A DNA stretch of 64,000 bases from an uncultured Spirochaetota bacterium (GCA_963745235.1 CAVUXE010000053.1:256001-320000), one strand, 5' to 3'. Counted from the stretch's first letter, positions 49,652 to 60,576 are shown. Notes: generated by a model from the letters alone, not told the origin. Made by a program: numbers and translations.

Positions 49652-50923
49652 CTAGAAGTCCAGCCTCAGTCCCAGGTACACGTTGCGCAGGTCGAAGAGC
49701 CCCCACGGCAGGATGATGTACCCCGGCACCTGCCCGCTGGGGAAGCTGTTGGCAACGAAGGACAGGTTGATGAACTGCTGCGGGTTGGACGCGAGGATGA
49801 AGGCCGGCTGGTAGTCGGCCACGAACCGCAGACGCCGGGAAGGCGAGTACTCCGCGCCAAGGCTGAGAGTGATGGCGCCCGGCGCAGCCTGCGTGTCGAT
49901 GGCAAAGCTGGGCGCGGGGGGATGTGAGAACCGCAGGTATCCCCCCGCCGCCACGAAGAAGCGAAGCAGGCTCTCCGCCGGAGACACGTACAGGCCGACG
50001 TCCAGTCCCGCCTGGCTCAACGGGGAACCGACCACGACGACGCTCGGCGAGTTGTCAATGGGATAGAATCCGAACAGCTCCGTGGTGACGCCAAGACGCA
50101 CGAAGACCTGCGCAGGCAGGACATACCACCAGAAGCGCACCCCGGGGAACTGGAAGCTGCTCAGCGCGACCTCGGTCCCGAAGCGCGGCTTGGCCACCTG
50201 GTTGAGGCTGAGGGAGACCGGCTCGATCCCCAGGAACAGGGGCTGATCCACGTCATAGTACCCACCGGCTCGGGCTTTCATCGTGAACGAGGAGGGGTAG
50301 GGGATCTTCTGCTCCAGCGTGCCGCTCTTGTCGATGCGATAGGGTCCGCCGGGAACGCCGGTCAGCTCGGTGCCGGGCACACCGTGCACCGTGAGGGTGG
50401 TCACGTCAACGATGCGGCTGTACGAGGTCTTGATAGTCTCCACCATCTTGTCCCAGAACCCGTGGGAAATGGTGCGGGAGTCAACGACAAAGCCGGGGCG
50501 GATGATCTGCGAGCCGAATGCCTGCTGACGGAGGATGTCGTAGGTCTCCACCTGGATGGTGAGATTGCTGAATCCACCGCTTTCCGACACGGCAAGCCAG
50601 CAGTCGGCGTTGATGCGCCTCGCGAGCTCTTCTTTCGCCTCGGGAGTCTGCGGCACCGTCTCGTCCGGGGATTCCAGGAGGACGACGTCGGGGTTTGCTT
50701 CCGTGGCTGCCGCCAGGATGGAGTTGTAGAGAAGGAACCTTTCCGTCGTCGAAAGAGTGCCCGGCTCCGCGTCGAACAGGTAGATCATGAACCGCGGCCT
50801 CCCGAACGCCGTCGAGGTGGAGGCTTGCGTGTTCTCCTGCGCCTGCTGCGCTCCCGCGGCAACCGCGCACAGAGAGAGGAGGAGCAGGGAAAGGCCCGGC
50901 CAGCGCCGCTTCACTACCACCAC
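49652..50923 (-). CDS. exported protein: alpha/beta N-domain, PEGA-like domain, C-terminal beta-barrel
   Basis: signal peptide; TLTVHGVPGT..ARAGGYY; terminal VYLGLRLDF. Confidence 0.7.
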   Translation of the reverse strand: MVVVKRRWPGLSLLLLSLCAVAAGAQQAQENTQASTSTAFGRPRFMIYLFDAEPGTLSTTERFLLYNSILAAATEANPDVVLLESPDETVPQTPEAKEELARRINADCWLAVSESGGFSNLTIQVETYDILRQQAFGSQIIRPGFVVDSRTISHGFWDKMVETIKTSYSRIVDVTTLTVHGVPGTELTGVPGGPYRIDKSGTLEQKIPYPSSFTMKARAGGYYDVDQPLFLGIEPVSLSLNQVAKPRFGTEVALSSFQFPGVRFWWYVLPAQVFVRLGVTTELFGFYPIDNSPSVVVVGSPLSQAGLDVGLYVSPAESLLRFFVAAGGYLRFSHPPAPSFAIDTQAAPGAITLSLGAEYSPSRRLRFVADYQPAFILASNPQQFINLSFVANSFPSGQVPGYIILPWGLFDLRNVYLGLRLDF

Positions 50924-51999
50924 CTCCTGTAGCGCGTGAGGATGCGCGAGGCGGGGTCGAAGCGGTACATGTATTGATTCAGCCCGGCCGTCTGCGGAAT
51001 GAGGAAAGCGTAGTGCCTGCTGAGGGAACGGTCACCGACGATCTGCAGCGGGCTCCCGAGCCATGCCAGGGCGCCCGTGGGCGTCCAGGTGTACCGCGTC
51101 ATCCATCCGTCCCGCTGGACCATGAAGATTCCCCCGGCATCCGCGGACAGCTGGGGCCTGTCCACCGTCACCGCCAGGGGCCATGCACCCGCCCCGACCG
51201 GCCAGCTCGGTGCGCCTGGCAGCAGCACGGCGGTGCCGGTGGTGGCGGCAGCACCCGTCATCCGTGCAGCGAGGATCCGGCCCTGGGCCGGCTCGGAAAA
51301 GACAAAGGTGATTTCATCCGTGGCGCTGTCGTACGAAAGCCCCAGGAGCTGGTATCCGAGGTTCGCATAGTTCGGGTCCGACGTGGAGGGGCGGGAAGCC
51401 GAGGGGATGATGGCAAGCGCGCCCTGGGTTACAATCGTCCAGGTCGGGTTGTTGTAGATGGTGTAGTTGAGGTCAAAGCTCCCATATTGACCGGCCGGAG
51501 TCGCAAAAACATACGTATAGGGCCCAGTCGGCACGATAAACGCGAACCCTCCCAGGGGAGGGGGCGGGTTGAGCGAGCCGACGGAAGTGGCGCCGCCGTT
51601 CGGGCTGAGAACCATGTATCCGGTCAGGACATTGCCGTCATGCGCGTACGCGTAGGGCCTGCTGAAGTAATCAAGCGTGGTGGGGGTGCCCGCAGTGCCG
51701 AGGACGTTGAGGTCCTGGTCCATGAAGATGAGCTTTCCCTTGTAGTTGAATCCGAGGGAGGGGTCGCTGGAGGGCGGCTCCACGAGGAGAAGAACGCGCG
51801 GGGACAGCCCTGCCGTGTCCACCACCTCCAGGTCATACGTGACCGGAGAGGCGCCCCCGGTGATTGCGTCCACGCGGCTGCCCAGGTCAATCGAAATGTC
51901 AGTCTTGTCGACGAACCCGGGAAACGGACTGACGGTGAACAACTCGCACCCGGCCAGCAGGATGAGAGGGAGCAGAAGGGCGGACCGCCGGGTCACCAT
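50914..51999 (-). CDS. hypothetical beta-rich lipoprotein
   Basis: lipobox LAGC; overlaps neighbouring stop and start codons. Confidence 0.75.
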   Translation of the reverse strand: MVTRRSALLLPLILLAGCELFTVSPFPGFVDKTDISIDLGSRVDAITGGASPVTYDLEVVDTAGLSPRVLLLVEPPSSDPSLGFNYKGKLIFMDQDLNVLGTAGTPTTLDYFSRPYAYAHDGNVLTGYMVLSPNGGATSVGSLNPPPPLGGFAFIVPTGPYTYVFATPAGQYGSFDLNYTIYNNPTWTIVTQGALAIIPSASRPSTSDPNYANLGYQLLGLSYDSATDEITFVFSEPAQGRILAARMTGAAATTGTAVLLPGAPSWPVGAGAWPLAVTVDRPQLSADAGGIFMVQRDGWMTRYTWTPTGALAWLGSPLQIVGDRSLSRHYAFLIPQTAGLNQYMYRFDPASRILTRYRRWW

Positions 52000-53195
52000 G
52001 ACTTGCGAACTCCAATGGTCAGAGGAGGGATCCCGAAGGGCGTGCGGATCCACGTCCTTCCCAGGAGGTTGTAGTCCACGCCCAGCGCGTAGTGCAGCTC
52101 AGGGCGGAAGAAGACCTTCACCGGCCCCAGCGCGAGCTCCGCGGTCGGGTCCCCCGCCAGGATGTACCAGTCCAGATAGTCCCGTCCGCCGAGCCCCGCC
52201 ACGTTGGTCACGATGACACCGAGACCAAGAGAAATGTGAAGCCTGAAAATGGAAGTGTAGGGAAAGATGATGTACGTCCCAAGCTGCGCGTTGGTGTCGT
52301 AATGACGGACAAGGGTGGTGGAGATGCTGTTCACGTCCAGTGACCGGTACGCCTCGACCCCCAGAAAAAGGGAATCCGGGATGATATGGATCCTGCCGCC
52401 AATCCCGACCCCCATGGCCTCTCCGAAGCTCCACGCAAGGTCCGCGTCGAAACGGGTCTCCGGGCGCAGCGGGGGCAGGCGAATGCTCACCTGGGGTGAA
52501 TCCAGCTTGTAGGTGCCGGAAAAGCTGTGGTATCCATCCTTGTGCACCCGGACCGGGATGGTTGAGCCGATCTCGAACTGGGTATAGGGAACGACGAGCA
52601 CGCCGCCGGCAATCTTTCCCGCCTCCCGGTCCAGCAGTACGACGCTGCTGCCCTCAGGAGGGCCGCTCACCTCGATGCGCTCCACGATCCCCGTGGGGGG
52701 CTCGACCTGGTAGCCGCCGCGGACGTAGCGCTGGATGGCGGGCTCGAACTGCTTCACGGCTTCCGAGACGCTGTCGAAAAGGGTGAGGCCTTTGCGCGCT
52801 GTCGTGAGGACCCCGCCAAGCATCGTGCGGACGGTGGGGTCATAGAGCGCGAACTGAATGATCAGCGTGTCACCCTGGACCAGGTAGAACGCGGCAACCA
52901 CGACATTTGCCCCGGCTGCATTCACACCGCGCAGGAGGTACGACACTCGCTCCTCGTCCGGGAGACGCGGCTGCTGAGGGCCTGTTCCAAGGGCAAGCCG
53001 GCCCGGCGCCACGGCAATCCCCGCGTTCTGCAGCGTGGTGCCGAGCCCGGTGGCAATGATATCTTCGACAAGCGGATCCGCGGCGCCGGCGGAGAGCGGC
53101 ACGATGAAAAGCGCGGCGGTACGGGCCTGGTCTGCCGCGAAGAGAAGAGTCGGGAGAATTGCCAGCAGGGAGACCAGGAGGGCCCGCTTTCTCAT
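51993..53195 (-). CDS. exported protein: TolB-N/CsgG-like domain, PEGA-like domain, beta-barrel (probable paralog of 49652-50923)
   Basis: signal peptide; GANVVVAAFYLVQGDTLIIQFALYD; VRVHKDGY; terminal LTIGVRKSW. Confidence 0.7.
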   Translation of the reverse strand: MRKRALLVSLLAILPTLLFAADQARTAALFIVPLSAGAADPLVEDIIATGLGTTLQNAGIAVAPGRLALGTGPQQPRLPDEERVSYLLRGVNAAGANVVVAAFYLVQGDTLIIQFALYDPTVRTMLGGVLTTARKGLTLFDSVSEAVKQFEPAIQRYVRGGYQVEPPTGIVERIEVSGPPEGSSVVLLDREAGKIAGGVLVVPYTQFEIGSTIPVRVHKDGYHSFSGTYKLDSPQVSIRLPPLRPETRFDADLAWSFGEAMGVGIGGRIHIIPDSLFLGVEAYRSLDVNSISTTLVRHYDTNAQLGTYIIFPYTSIFRLHISLGLGVIVTNVAGLGGRDYLDWYILAGDPTAELALGPVKVFFRPELHYALGVDYNLLGRTWIRTPFGIPPLTIGVRKSW

Positions 53196-53207
53196 CGCTG
53201 GCTCGCG

Positions 53208-54867
53208 CTACTTCGTTTCCATGATCTCCACGCCATCCCAGTCGGGAGCGGGAGGATCGGCGGCCATGCGCTCGCAGCGCTCGACAAACATGCCGGCCAG
53301 GAAATCTTCCGGCAGCAGCGCGCCAACCTCCCGGAATCCGCGGGCCGCCTCCTGAAAGCTGCGCGTGTAATACAGCTCCATGGAATCGTTGTGCAGGCGG
53401 ATGGCCCGCTCCTCCCGTTCGGAGGGGTCCTTGCGGACGGCGTAAATGCGGATGCCGCCGCGCCTGCCCTTGACCGCCACGGAGTCCACGATCCGGCTGG
53501 CCACGGCCCCGTCGATCTTCTCCTTCAGCATCTCGGTGATCAGGAGCGGCTGATGGTAGCGCTTGGTCAGCCCTTCCAGGCGGGAAGCAACGTTGACCAT
53601 GTCTCCAATCACCGTGTAGTCCATCTTTCTCTCCGTGCCGATGTTGCCCACCGTGACCGTCCCGTAGTTGATGCCGACGCCGATACGAAACTCCGGCTCA
53701 CCGAGGGACCGCTGTCCCTGGTTGAACTGCTCCAGGGAGTCCAGCATCTCGATGCCGGACAGCACCGACTGCAGAGCGTCGTCCTCATGGGGCACCGGTG
53801 CGCCGAAGAACGCCATGATTGCGTCCCCGATGTACTTGTCGATGATCCCTCCGCGGTTCATGATGATGTCCACCATCACGGAAAAGTAACGGTTGAGGCC
53901 CGCAACCAGGAGGCCGGGGTCCATCCCCTCCGACATCGTGGTGAAGCTGCGGATATCGGAGAAAAGAACGGACAGGATCCGGTTTTCCCCGACCAGCATG
54001 GACTCCGGGTTGGCGAACAGCCGGTCGATGAGCTCCTGCGGCACGTACTTCTGGAAGATATGGCGGATCTTCATCTCCTTCTTCTGGGAGACAACCGCCT
54101 CGAACGCGTAGCGCTTGATGCGCTCGTACGCCTTCTCGAGCTCTCCGACCATCACGTTGAACGTCTGGGACATCTCCCCGATCTCGTCGCTGTAGTCGAC
54201 CTGGACGCGCGCGCTGAGGTCGTTCGAGCTGATGATCTGCTTGATCGTCGCCGGCCGTCCGCGCCAGCGGACCGGTGAGATGGCGCACGAAGACGAAGAC
54301 CAGGGCCAGCGCGACAATGCACGCGCCAAGGGTCAGGAAGACCGTCTGCCACGTGATGCGCGAGACATCGCTGTAGAAGGCGGAGCGGACCTCCGTGGTG
54401 AAGACGGTCCAGCCGAACGGCTCGAAGGCGAAGCGCGTAGCCACCCGCGGGACCCCGCCGATGGTTATGGTCAGCAGGGACCGGTCCCCAGGCGCGACCG
54501 GCGACGTGAGGGCCTTCTTTTCCGCGTCCGTGAGCGACATCCTGGCCGTTGCCATCACGACGTTCCCGTCGTGGTCGAGGGCAAAGACGAGCTCGCTGTC
54601 GCTGAGCAGGAGCGTCCGCGCGTACGCCTCGATGCCGGCCTGCGCCGCCTGGACCATGTCCTGCCGCCCGCCCAGGTCGTTCTCCACGAGGATCCGCCAC
54701 TGGCTTTCCATGTACTGGGAGAGCTGGTCGGTCTTGAAGTTCAGGAACGTGACGATGACGCGCGTCACGGCGTTCCGCGCCAGGGAGGATGCGGCGATCC
54801 CGCCGATCACGAGTCCGGCGACGAGGAGAGGGAGCACGATGGCTATGATCTTCGTTCGAATTTTCAC
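53208..54867 (-). CDS. membrane class III adenylate/guanylate cyclase with periplasmic sensor and HAMP; frameshift near 54252
   Basis: two TM helices; DEIGEMSQTFNVM; LFSDIRSFT, IDKYIGDAIMA, DYTVIGDMVNVASRLE, VKGR; Lys in DKY suggests ATP specificity. Confidence 0.9.
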
Positions 54868-55027
54868 ATGGCCCCCGGGCCGCATACTACCACAAGCGGT
54901 CTGTTCTGTCATCGTGAAAAGAACTGGTGAGGTTGAAACCGGCTTCCTGGAGCGGTAGATTCCTATGTACGAAACGTGGTATGCGCAGCCATTCACGAGG
55001 GCGAAACGAAGATGAGGTGGTGGCGTC

Positions 55028-57151
55028 GTGCCGTGGATGAGAAACGCGCTTCTCATCCTCCTTGGCACCGCGCTGGCCGGATGCCCCCTGCCCTACCAGT
55101 ACACCCGCGCGGGCTGGGTGGGCAACGCAAGCACAGTGGATCCCTCCACCCCGAGCATCAGCGGTATTCCGCGCATCACGTACACCCAGTCATCCGGGAG
55201 CGGCGGCACCATAGTCACGGGCGGTACCGCAACGACGTCCTCTGATACGATGATCACTCTTGTGAGCGACACCACGGGTGCCGTGATCTACTACACCACG
55301 GACGGCACCACCCCGGATCCGCGCTCCTCGCAGACCAGCCGGTTCAATCCCGGGTCTCCGATCCTGCTTTCGGTCCCCAGTCCGTCCCCGACTGATTCGT
55401 CCGCATCGATCTCCCTCAAGGCCGCCGCTATCGGGCCGAACATGAAGCCCAGCCCCGTGATGAGCGCCGGGGTGACGGTCCAGTATCCGCAGGCCGCGGC
55501 GCCTGTCTTCTCCCCCGCGGGCGGCTCCTACACGACTGACCAGAGCCTTGTCATGACCAGCGCGACCCCGGGGGCCGTCATCTACTACACGTTGGTGAAC
55601 GGGCCGGGCCCCGCGCCCGCGCCTGTCCCTGGTCAGGCCGGCACCCTGCAGTATAGCGGCCCCGTCACGCTCACCGGGCCAGCAAGCTCGTATACGATCT
55701 CTGCGATAGCCACTGTCAGCCAGATGATTGCCAGCGCGCAGGCGAGCGCATCCTACTCGATCTTCTACCCGGGGCTTGCCACACCGACGTTCAATCCGCC
55801 GGCCGGGACATATTCCAACGACCAGACGGTGACCGTTACGAGCGGCGCCGGTTCAACGATCTGGTACACCACGGACGGAAGCGCGCCCGCGGTCGGAACC
55901 TCGCCAAGCATACCCTCGGGGGGAGCGATCACCCTGACAGGCGGAGCTCCCGGGACCGGCGTCGCCTCCGTGCACGCGCTTGCAACGCAGACCGGGTTTG
56001 CAGACTCTCCGTCGGTGACCGCGAGCTACCTCTTCCAGGCCGCCGCGCCAGTGCCGTCGCCGGGCGGCGGCACGTTCTTCAACGACCTGACTGGGGTGGC
56101 AGGGGTGTTCATGGGCACGGTGACAAACGGCGCTGCAATCTACTACACGACTGACGGCAGCACGCCCACAACGTCTTCCACGCAGTACACCGGGGCAATC
56201 CAGATAACGGCCAGCACGACGGTGAAGGCGATTGCAGCCAGGGCGGACTACCTCAACTCCACTGTGACCAGTAACACATACACGCTTCAGGCGGCGGTGC
56301 CCGCCTTCAGCGCGGCCGGCGGCACCTACTCATCTGCCCTTTCAGTCAGCATAACCGAAACAACATCCGGCGCGTCCGTGTATTACACGACGGACGGTTC
56401 CACGCCCACGACTTCTTCCACCCTTTACAGCGGTTCCATTTCCATGCCGAACGGGCTTGCAACGCAGTTGAGCGCCATCGCCGTGAAACCCAACTACCTC
56501 ACGAGCGGCGTCGACACCGTGACCTACGTCGTCCTGATCCCGCCCTCGGGGCTTGCGCTGGGAGTCGCCTCAGGCACCACCATGTCCGCATCCTGGAGCG
56601 CGGTGCCGGCAGGTCCGTTGAGCAACTACGTGCTCGTGAGGGGAACGGAGCCCACGTTCACGGTGAGCCCGCAGACCATGACGGTGGCGGGCACAAGCTT
56701 CACTGACTCAGGCCTGTCCCCATCCTCGCAGTACTACTATGAAGTCAAGGCCGCCTACACGGGCGGGTCCAGCACGTATTCCGGGTCGCAGCAGGGATAC
56801 ACGCTCAGCCTGACAGGGGACCCGTCAGTCGTCAACCAGGACATTTCGTCGTACACGCCGCCCTCGACCTATGGCTCCTATTACTACGTCAGTGGTACAA
56901 GCTTTGCCACGACACCGACCGGCCCCGTGCTGCGCGAAGGCGGCTTCACGTTCGTTCCCTATGGGAAAGACACCGACAATGACATCCAGGTGGTGCTCGT
57001 CTGCTTCAATTCGAGCGGCGCGGAGGTCAATCAGTGGACCATCCCGGGAACGCGGTACGTCTGGTCCATGACCGAGTCCCTGGGGATCGTGACGATCGTT
57101 GGTCAATCAAATGTGGCGGTGACGATCCCCTGGGCGACCATCAAGCAGTAG
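55028..57151 (+). CDS. surface lipoprotein with five chitobiase/Fn3-associated repeats plus an Fn3 domain
   Basis: lipobox LAGC; YYTTDG..P repeats; PSGL..SW..Y..FTDSGLSPSSQYYYEVKA (Fn3). Confidence 0.87.
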   Translation: MPWMRNALLILLGTALAGCPLPYQYTRAGWVGNASTVDPSTPSISGIPRITYTQSSGSGGTIVTGGTATTSSDTMITLVSDTTGAVIYYTTDGTTPDPRSSQTSRFNPGSPILLSVPSPSPTDSSASISLKAAAIGPNMKPSPVMSAGVTVQYPQAAAPVFSPAGGSYTTDQSLVMTSATPGAVIYYTLVNGPGPAPAPVPGQAGTLQYSGPVTLTGPASSYTISAIATVSQMIASAQASASYSIFYPGLATPTFNPPAGTYSNDQTVTVTSGAGSTIWYTTDGSAPAVGTSPSIPSGGAITLTGGAPGTGVASVHALATQTGFADSPSVTASYLFQAAAPVPSPGGGTFFNDLTGVAGVFMGTVTNGAAIYYTTDGSTPTTSSTQYTGAIQITASTTVKAIAARADYLNSTVTSNTYTLQAAVPAFSAAGGTYSSALSVSITETTSGASVYYTTDGSTPTTSSTLYSGSISMPNGLATQLSAIAVKPNYLTSGVDTVTYVVLIPPSGLALGVASGTTMSASWSAVPAGPLSNYVLVRGTEPTFTVSPQTMTVAGTSFTDSGLSPSSQYYYEVKAAYTGGSSTYSGSQQGYTLSLTGDPSVVNQDISSYTPPSTYGSYYYVSGTSFATTPTGPVLREGGFTFVPYGKDTDNDIQVVLVCFNSSGAEVNQWTIPGTRYVWSMTESLGIVTIVGQSNVAVTIPWATIKQ

Positions 57152-57372
57152 GACTTCCGGCCCGCCCCGGCATCAGGGGTCTCATGTCGACGTGCGCATA
57201 ACGCCTCGACGCGAAGTCGCAGCGCGCGCGAAAGACCCAGGATAGGTAATATAGCCTACTCTGAAATTCGGCCTTTGTCCGCTTTTGGCGGCCAGGCAGG
57301 TCGGGATAGTCTGATTTCTGGCGCGAGCTCATGAGTAGCAGGCGCCGGGAGACTTTCGAGAGGAGGCACTCA

Positions 57373-58623
57373 ATGCAGAAGAGGGTTTTGTTCGTCTTCA
57401 TGGCTGTCGCCTGCTGTCTGTTGCTTGCCATGCCGGCGTTCAGCCAGAAGGTAAAGCTCACCGTCTGGGTCATCGATCTTCCCGACGATGACCCGTCTCA
57501 CGCCTACTCCAAGGCTTTGTCCACGGGCTTCCAGGCTGCCAACCCGGACATCGATCTGGAGTATGTCCCCCTGGGAAACGATCCCCTCAAGGACAAGACG
57601 AAAGTCGCCATGGCGACCAACACCGGCCTTCCCGACATCTTCCAGACCTGGGGCGGGTCCGTCATGGGAGCCTACGCCGATGCCGGCAGGTTGCTCGATT
57701 TGACATCTGACCTGAAGTCGGTTCCGGGAAGCTCGGCCGCGGCGTCTGCCATGACCTGGAAGGGCAGGATCTACGGCGTGGCCCCGTTCTTCGCCATTGC
57801 GGGTCTTTTTGTCAACGAAGGTATTTTCAAGGACAACAACCTGGAAGTCCCCACGTCGGTCGCGGATCTGGCAAAGGTCGCGGACGCCATCAAGGCAGCG
57901 GGGATCCAGCCCTTCGCCTGCGGCGCCAAGGACAAGTGGCCCACCCTCGCGTTGTACATGTACCTGACGGACCGCTTTGGCGGGGACATCTTCACGAAGG
58001 CCGCTGCAAGAAAGGCCCGGTTCGACAGCGACCCGTTCGTCAAGGCCGCCCAGCTGTACCAGGACTGGGTGAAGAAGGGCTACTTCGGAGACCAGCCGCT
58101 GGGTGAAGCCTACGGAGACGCCCAGCAGCTCATGGCAACGGGAAAGGCGGCCATGCAGGTCTCTGGCTCATGGCTGTGCTCCAACTACGCGAGCAAAGAC
58201 TTCACGGACCAGACCATCGGGTTCTATCCGTTCCCGATCATCCGGGGCGGCAAGGGTCTTGCAACTGACGTGATGGGCATGACCGACATCGGCTATGCCG
58301 CAACCAAGCAGGCCGCAGCCAAGAGGGCCGCGGTGGTGCGCTTCATGAAGTACGCAATGAGCCCGGACGCCGCGCAGGCTGACCCGGGACGCGTGACGTC
58401 GGTGCCGGGTGTGAAGGCCCCCTCCCACTTGACGGAGATGGCTTCTGCAGTGTTCGGAAAGGCCAAGTTGGTCCAGTTCTGGTGGGACCAGAACCTGCCT
58501 CCGGCGGTCACCACGCCGCTCAATGAAACCATCCAGACCTTCTTCCTTCCGGATACTGACGTCAAGGCTTCTCTCACCAAGTTCGAGCAACTGGCGACGG
58601 AGAACATGGGACCGGTCAAGTAA
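57373..58623 (+). CDS. carbohydrate ABC substrate-binding protein
   Basis: AGGAGG RBS, signal peptide, LPDIFQTWGG, GRIYGVAP, GKAAMQVSGSW. Confidence 0.9.
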   Translation: MQKRVLFVFMAVACCLLLAMPAFSQKVKLTVWVIDLPDDDPSHAYSKALSTGFQAANPDIDLEYVPLGNDPLKDKTKVAMATNTGLPDIFQTWGGSVMGAYADAGRLLDLTSDLKSVPGSSAAASAMTWKGRIYGVAPFFAIAGLFVNEGIFKDNNLEVPTSVADLAKVADAIKAAGIQPFACGAKDKWPTLALYMYLTDRFGGDIFTKAAARKARFDSDPFVKAAQLYQDWVKKGYFGDQPLGEAYGDAQQLMATGKAAMQVSGSWLCSNYASKDFTDQTIGFYPFPIIRGGKGLATDVMGMTDIGYAATKQAAAKRAAVVRFMKYAMSPDAAQADPGRVTSVPGVKAPSHLTEMASAVFGKAKLVQFWWDQNLPPAVTTPLNETIQTFFLPDTDVKASLTKFEQLATENMGPVK

Positions 58624-58630
58624 GCATCAG

Positions 58631-58676
58631 GACCGACCCAGCGGTGACGGCGCGGCGCGCCGTCACCCGCTCGGTC
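58631..58676 (+). terminator. long GC hairpin after the SBP gene (mRNA stabiliser or attenuator)
   Basis: gaccga..gcggtgacggcgc / gcgccgtcacccgct..cggtc; no U-tract. Confidence 0.6.
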
Positions 58677-58777
58677 CGCTTGCTGGAAAGGTCTTGTCGC
58701 GCCTTGACTCACCAGCCCCTCTTACCTCAAGAATGACCGGAGAAGATGCCGCGCGCAAGGAAGGAATGGAGGCGGGT

Positions 58778-59710
58778 ATGAGCGATCTTGTGCAGGCGAT
58801 GACGATTCCCACCGGGCGTCGCAGAAAACGGGACCTGCATCGCAGCGCGTTCGTCTTTCTCCTGCTTTTGCCGGCCGTCGCCGCGCTTCTGTTCTTCATG
58901 TATTTCCCCATCGAGGAAACGTTCCGGCTCTCGTTCACCAGGGCTACAGGTATGGGGGACGCCACGTACATCGGGCTTCAGAATTACATCCGGCTGTTCG
59001 GGGACGAACAGTTCCAGGCCGGTCTTCTGCACGTCTTCGCCTGGGCGTTCTTCAGCGTCATCATCCAGGTCCCGCTGGCTTTCCTGATCGCTTTCTACCT
59101 CATCGGCTACCGCAACCGGGTGACCAAATCTCTTCGCGCTATATTTTACATGGCCAGCATCCTTCCCTCCGCGGTCACGGCAATGATCGGGCGGTTCGTG
59201 TTCTCTCCGAAGAACGGCATCATCCCCACCCTGGCCGCGGCGCTGAAGCTGCCCCTCATTTCCCGCATTGATTTTCTTGGGGACCCGCACATTGCGTTCT
59301 GGACAATCTTCATCGTGGCCACATGGACGTATACGGGATTCTACATCGTCTACCTGATGGCCCGCATAGAGCAGATCCCAATGGAAATCCGGGAAGCCGC
59401 CGAAATGGACGGCGCTACGGGATGGCGGTACGCGTGGCACATCGTTGTGCCCATCGTCTCCTATCCCCTGCAGATCATCTGCATCCTTTGCATCGTGGGA
59501 AGCATGAAGGTTTTCGACCTTCCCTTCATGATCACTGGCGGCGGACCGGGCAACGCGACAATGACGCTGGGGATCATCCTCTACAACAGAGGCTTCGTGG
59601 ACTGGCAGTATGGGACCGCCTCCGCGGTGGGAGTCATCATCCTGGTGTGCTCCCTGGTGTTCACCATCGTGCAGTTCTCCCTTCAGAGAAGGGAGGGAGC
59701 CGAGTCATGA
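58778..59710 (+). CDS. carbohydrate ABC permease
   Basis: YIGLQNY, EAAEMDGA, FDLPFMITGGGPG. Confidence 0.92.
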   Translation: MSDLVQAMTIPTGRRRKRDLHRSAFVFLLLLPAVAALLFFMYFPIEETFRLSFTRATGMGDATYIGLQNYIRLFGDEQFQAGLLHVFAWAFFSVIIQVPLAFLIAFYLIGYRNRVTKSLRAIFYMASILPSAVTAMIGRFVFSPKNGIIPTLAAALKLPLISRIDFLGDPHIAFWTIFIVATWTYTGFYIVYLMARIEQIPMEIREAAEMDGATGWRYAWHIVVPIVSYPLQIICILCIVGSMKVFDLPFMITGGGPGNATMTLGIILYNRGFVDWQYGTASAVGVIILVCSLVFTIVQFSLQRREGAES

Positions 59711-60576
59711 GCAGCAACAACCCCTCTCTCACCGACACTTCCTCCGGTCGAACCAGCAAGCTCCCGGAAGTCGGCGTCACGGTGGTCCTGGTCCTCCTGG
59801 CGGCCTTGGTCATCCTGCCGCTCATCATTCCTTTCTTCTTCGTTTTCAAGACTCGCCTGGAATTCAACTATCACCCCTGGGCGCTTCCCAAGGCCATTCG
59901 GTGGGACAACTTCATCCTGGCCTGGCAGGGCATCCGGTTGGACAGGGGCATGTTCAACACTCTCAGAGTCTGCCTGGGCGCCATTGTGTGCACCATCCCT
60001 CTTTCGGCCATGGCTGGCTATGTCTTTGCCCGATACCGAAGCACAATCACCGAAATCGTGTTCTATTTCATCCTCGGGGGTTTCTTCGTGCCTGTCCAGA
60101 TGGTGCTCATTCCCCTGGTCAAGATGAGCGCGGCCATCGGGATTGCCAACACCCTGCCTGGCGTCTTCCTGCCCATGGCGGCCTTCGGCGTGTCTTTCTG
60201 GACAATGATCTACCGATCCTTTTTCCGGGACCTTCCCGGAGAGCTTGCGGATGCTGCGCGGATCGACGGCTCCGGCCACACCGGTACTTTTTTCCGCATC
60301 ATGCTGCCGCTGGCCCAGCCCGCCACCATCCTGGCGGTTATTCTCGTGTTCATAGCGGCGTGGAGCGACTACCTGCTCAGCCTTGTGATGCTGAACAGCC
60401 CTGACCTGTTCACCATGCAGCTGCGGACGTGGCAATTCACGGGACAGTACGGGGTTGACCACATGCCGCGCTACGCGGCCGCCGCGGTCATGTCCGCGGC
60501 GCCGACGGTGATCCTCTACATCATTGGCCACCGATGGGTGCTCCGCGGGACTCTTGCAGGGGCGCTGAAGGGCTGA
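59707..60576 (+). CDS. carbohydrate ABC permease
   Basis: LPGELADAARIDG, IMLPLAQP, WSDYL, GTLAGALKG. Confidence 0.92.
   Translation: MSSNNPSLTDTSSGRTSKLPEVGVTVVLVLLAALVILPLIIPFFFVFKTRLEFNYHPWALPKAIRWDNFILAWQGIRLDRGMFNTLRVCLGAIVCTIPLSAMAGYVFARYRSTITEIVFYFILGGFFVPVQMVLIPLVKMSAAIGIANTLPGVFLPMAAFGVSFWTMIYRSFFRDLPGELADAARIDGSGHTGTFFRIMLPLAQPATILAVILVFIAAWSDYLLSLVMLNSPDLFTMQLRTWQFTGQYGVDHMPRYAAAAVMSAAPTVILYIIGHRWVLRGTLAGALKG

Noticed and set aside
54870-55027. Cyclic-nucleotide riboswitch or CRP site between the cyclase and the lipoprotein
   Set aside because: No convincing TGTGA-N6-TCACA or riboswitch core by eye; needs a covariance-model search.
55280-56420. Repeated tactacaccacggacgg-like motifs as a DNA repeat or DGR element
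   Set aside because: They encode YYTTDG domain repeats; no reverse transcriptase or adenine-specific TR/VR pair is present.
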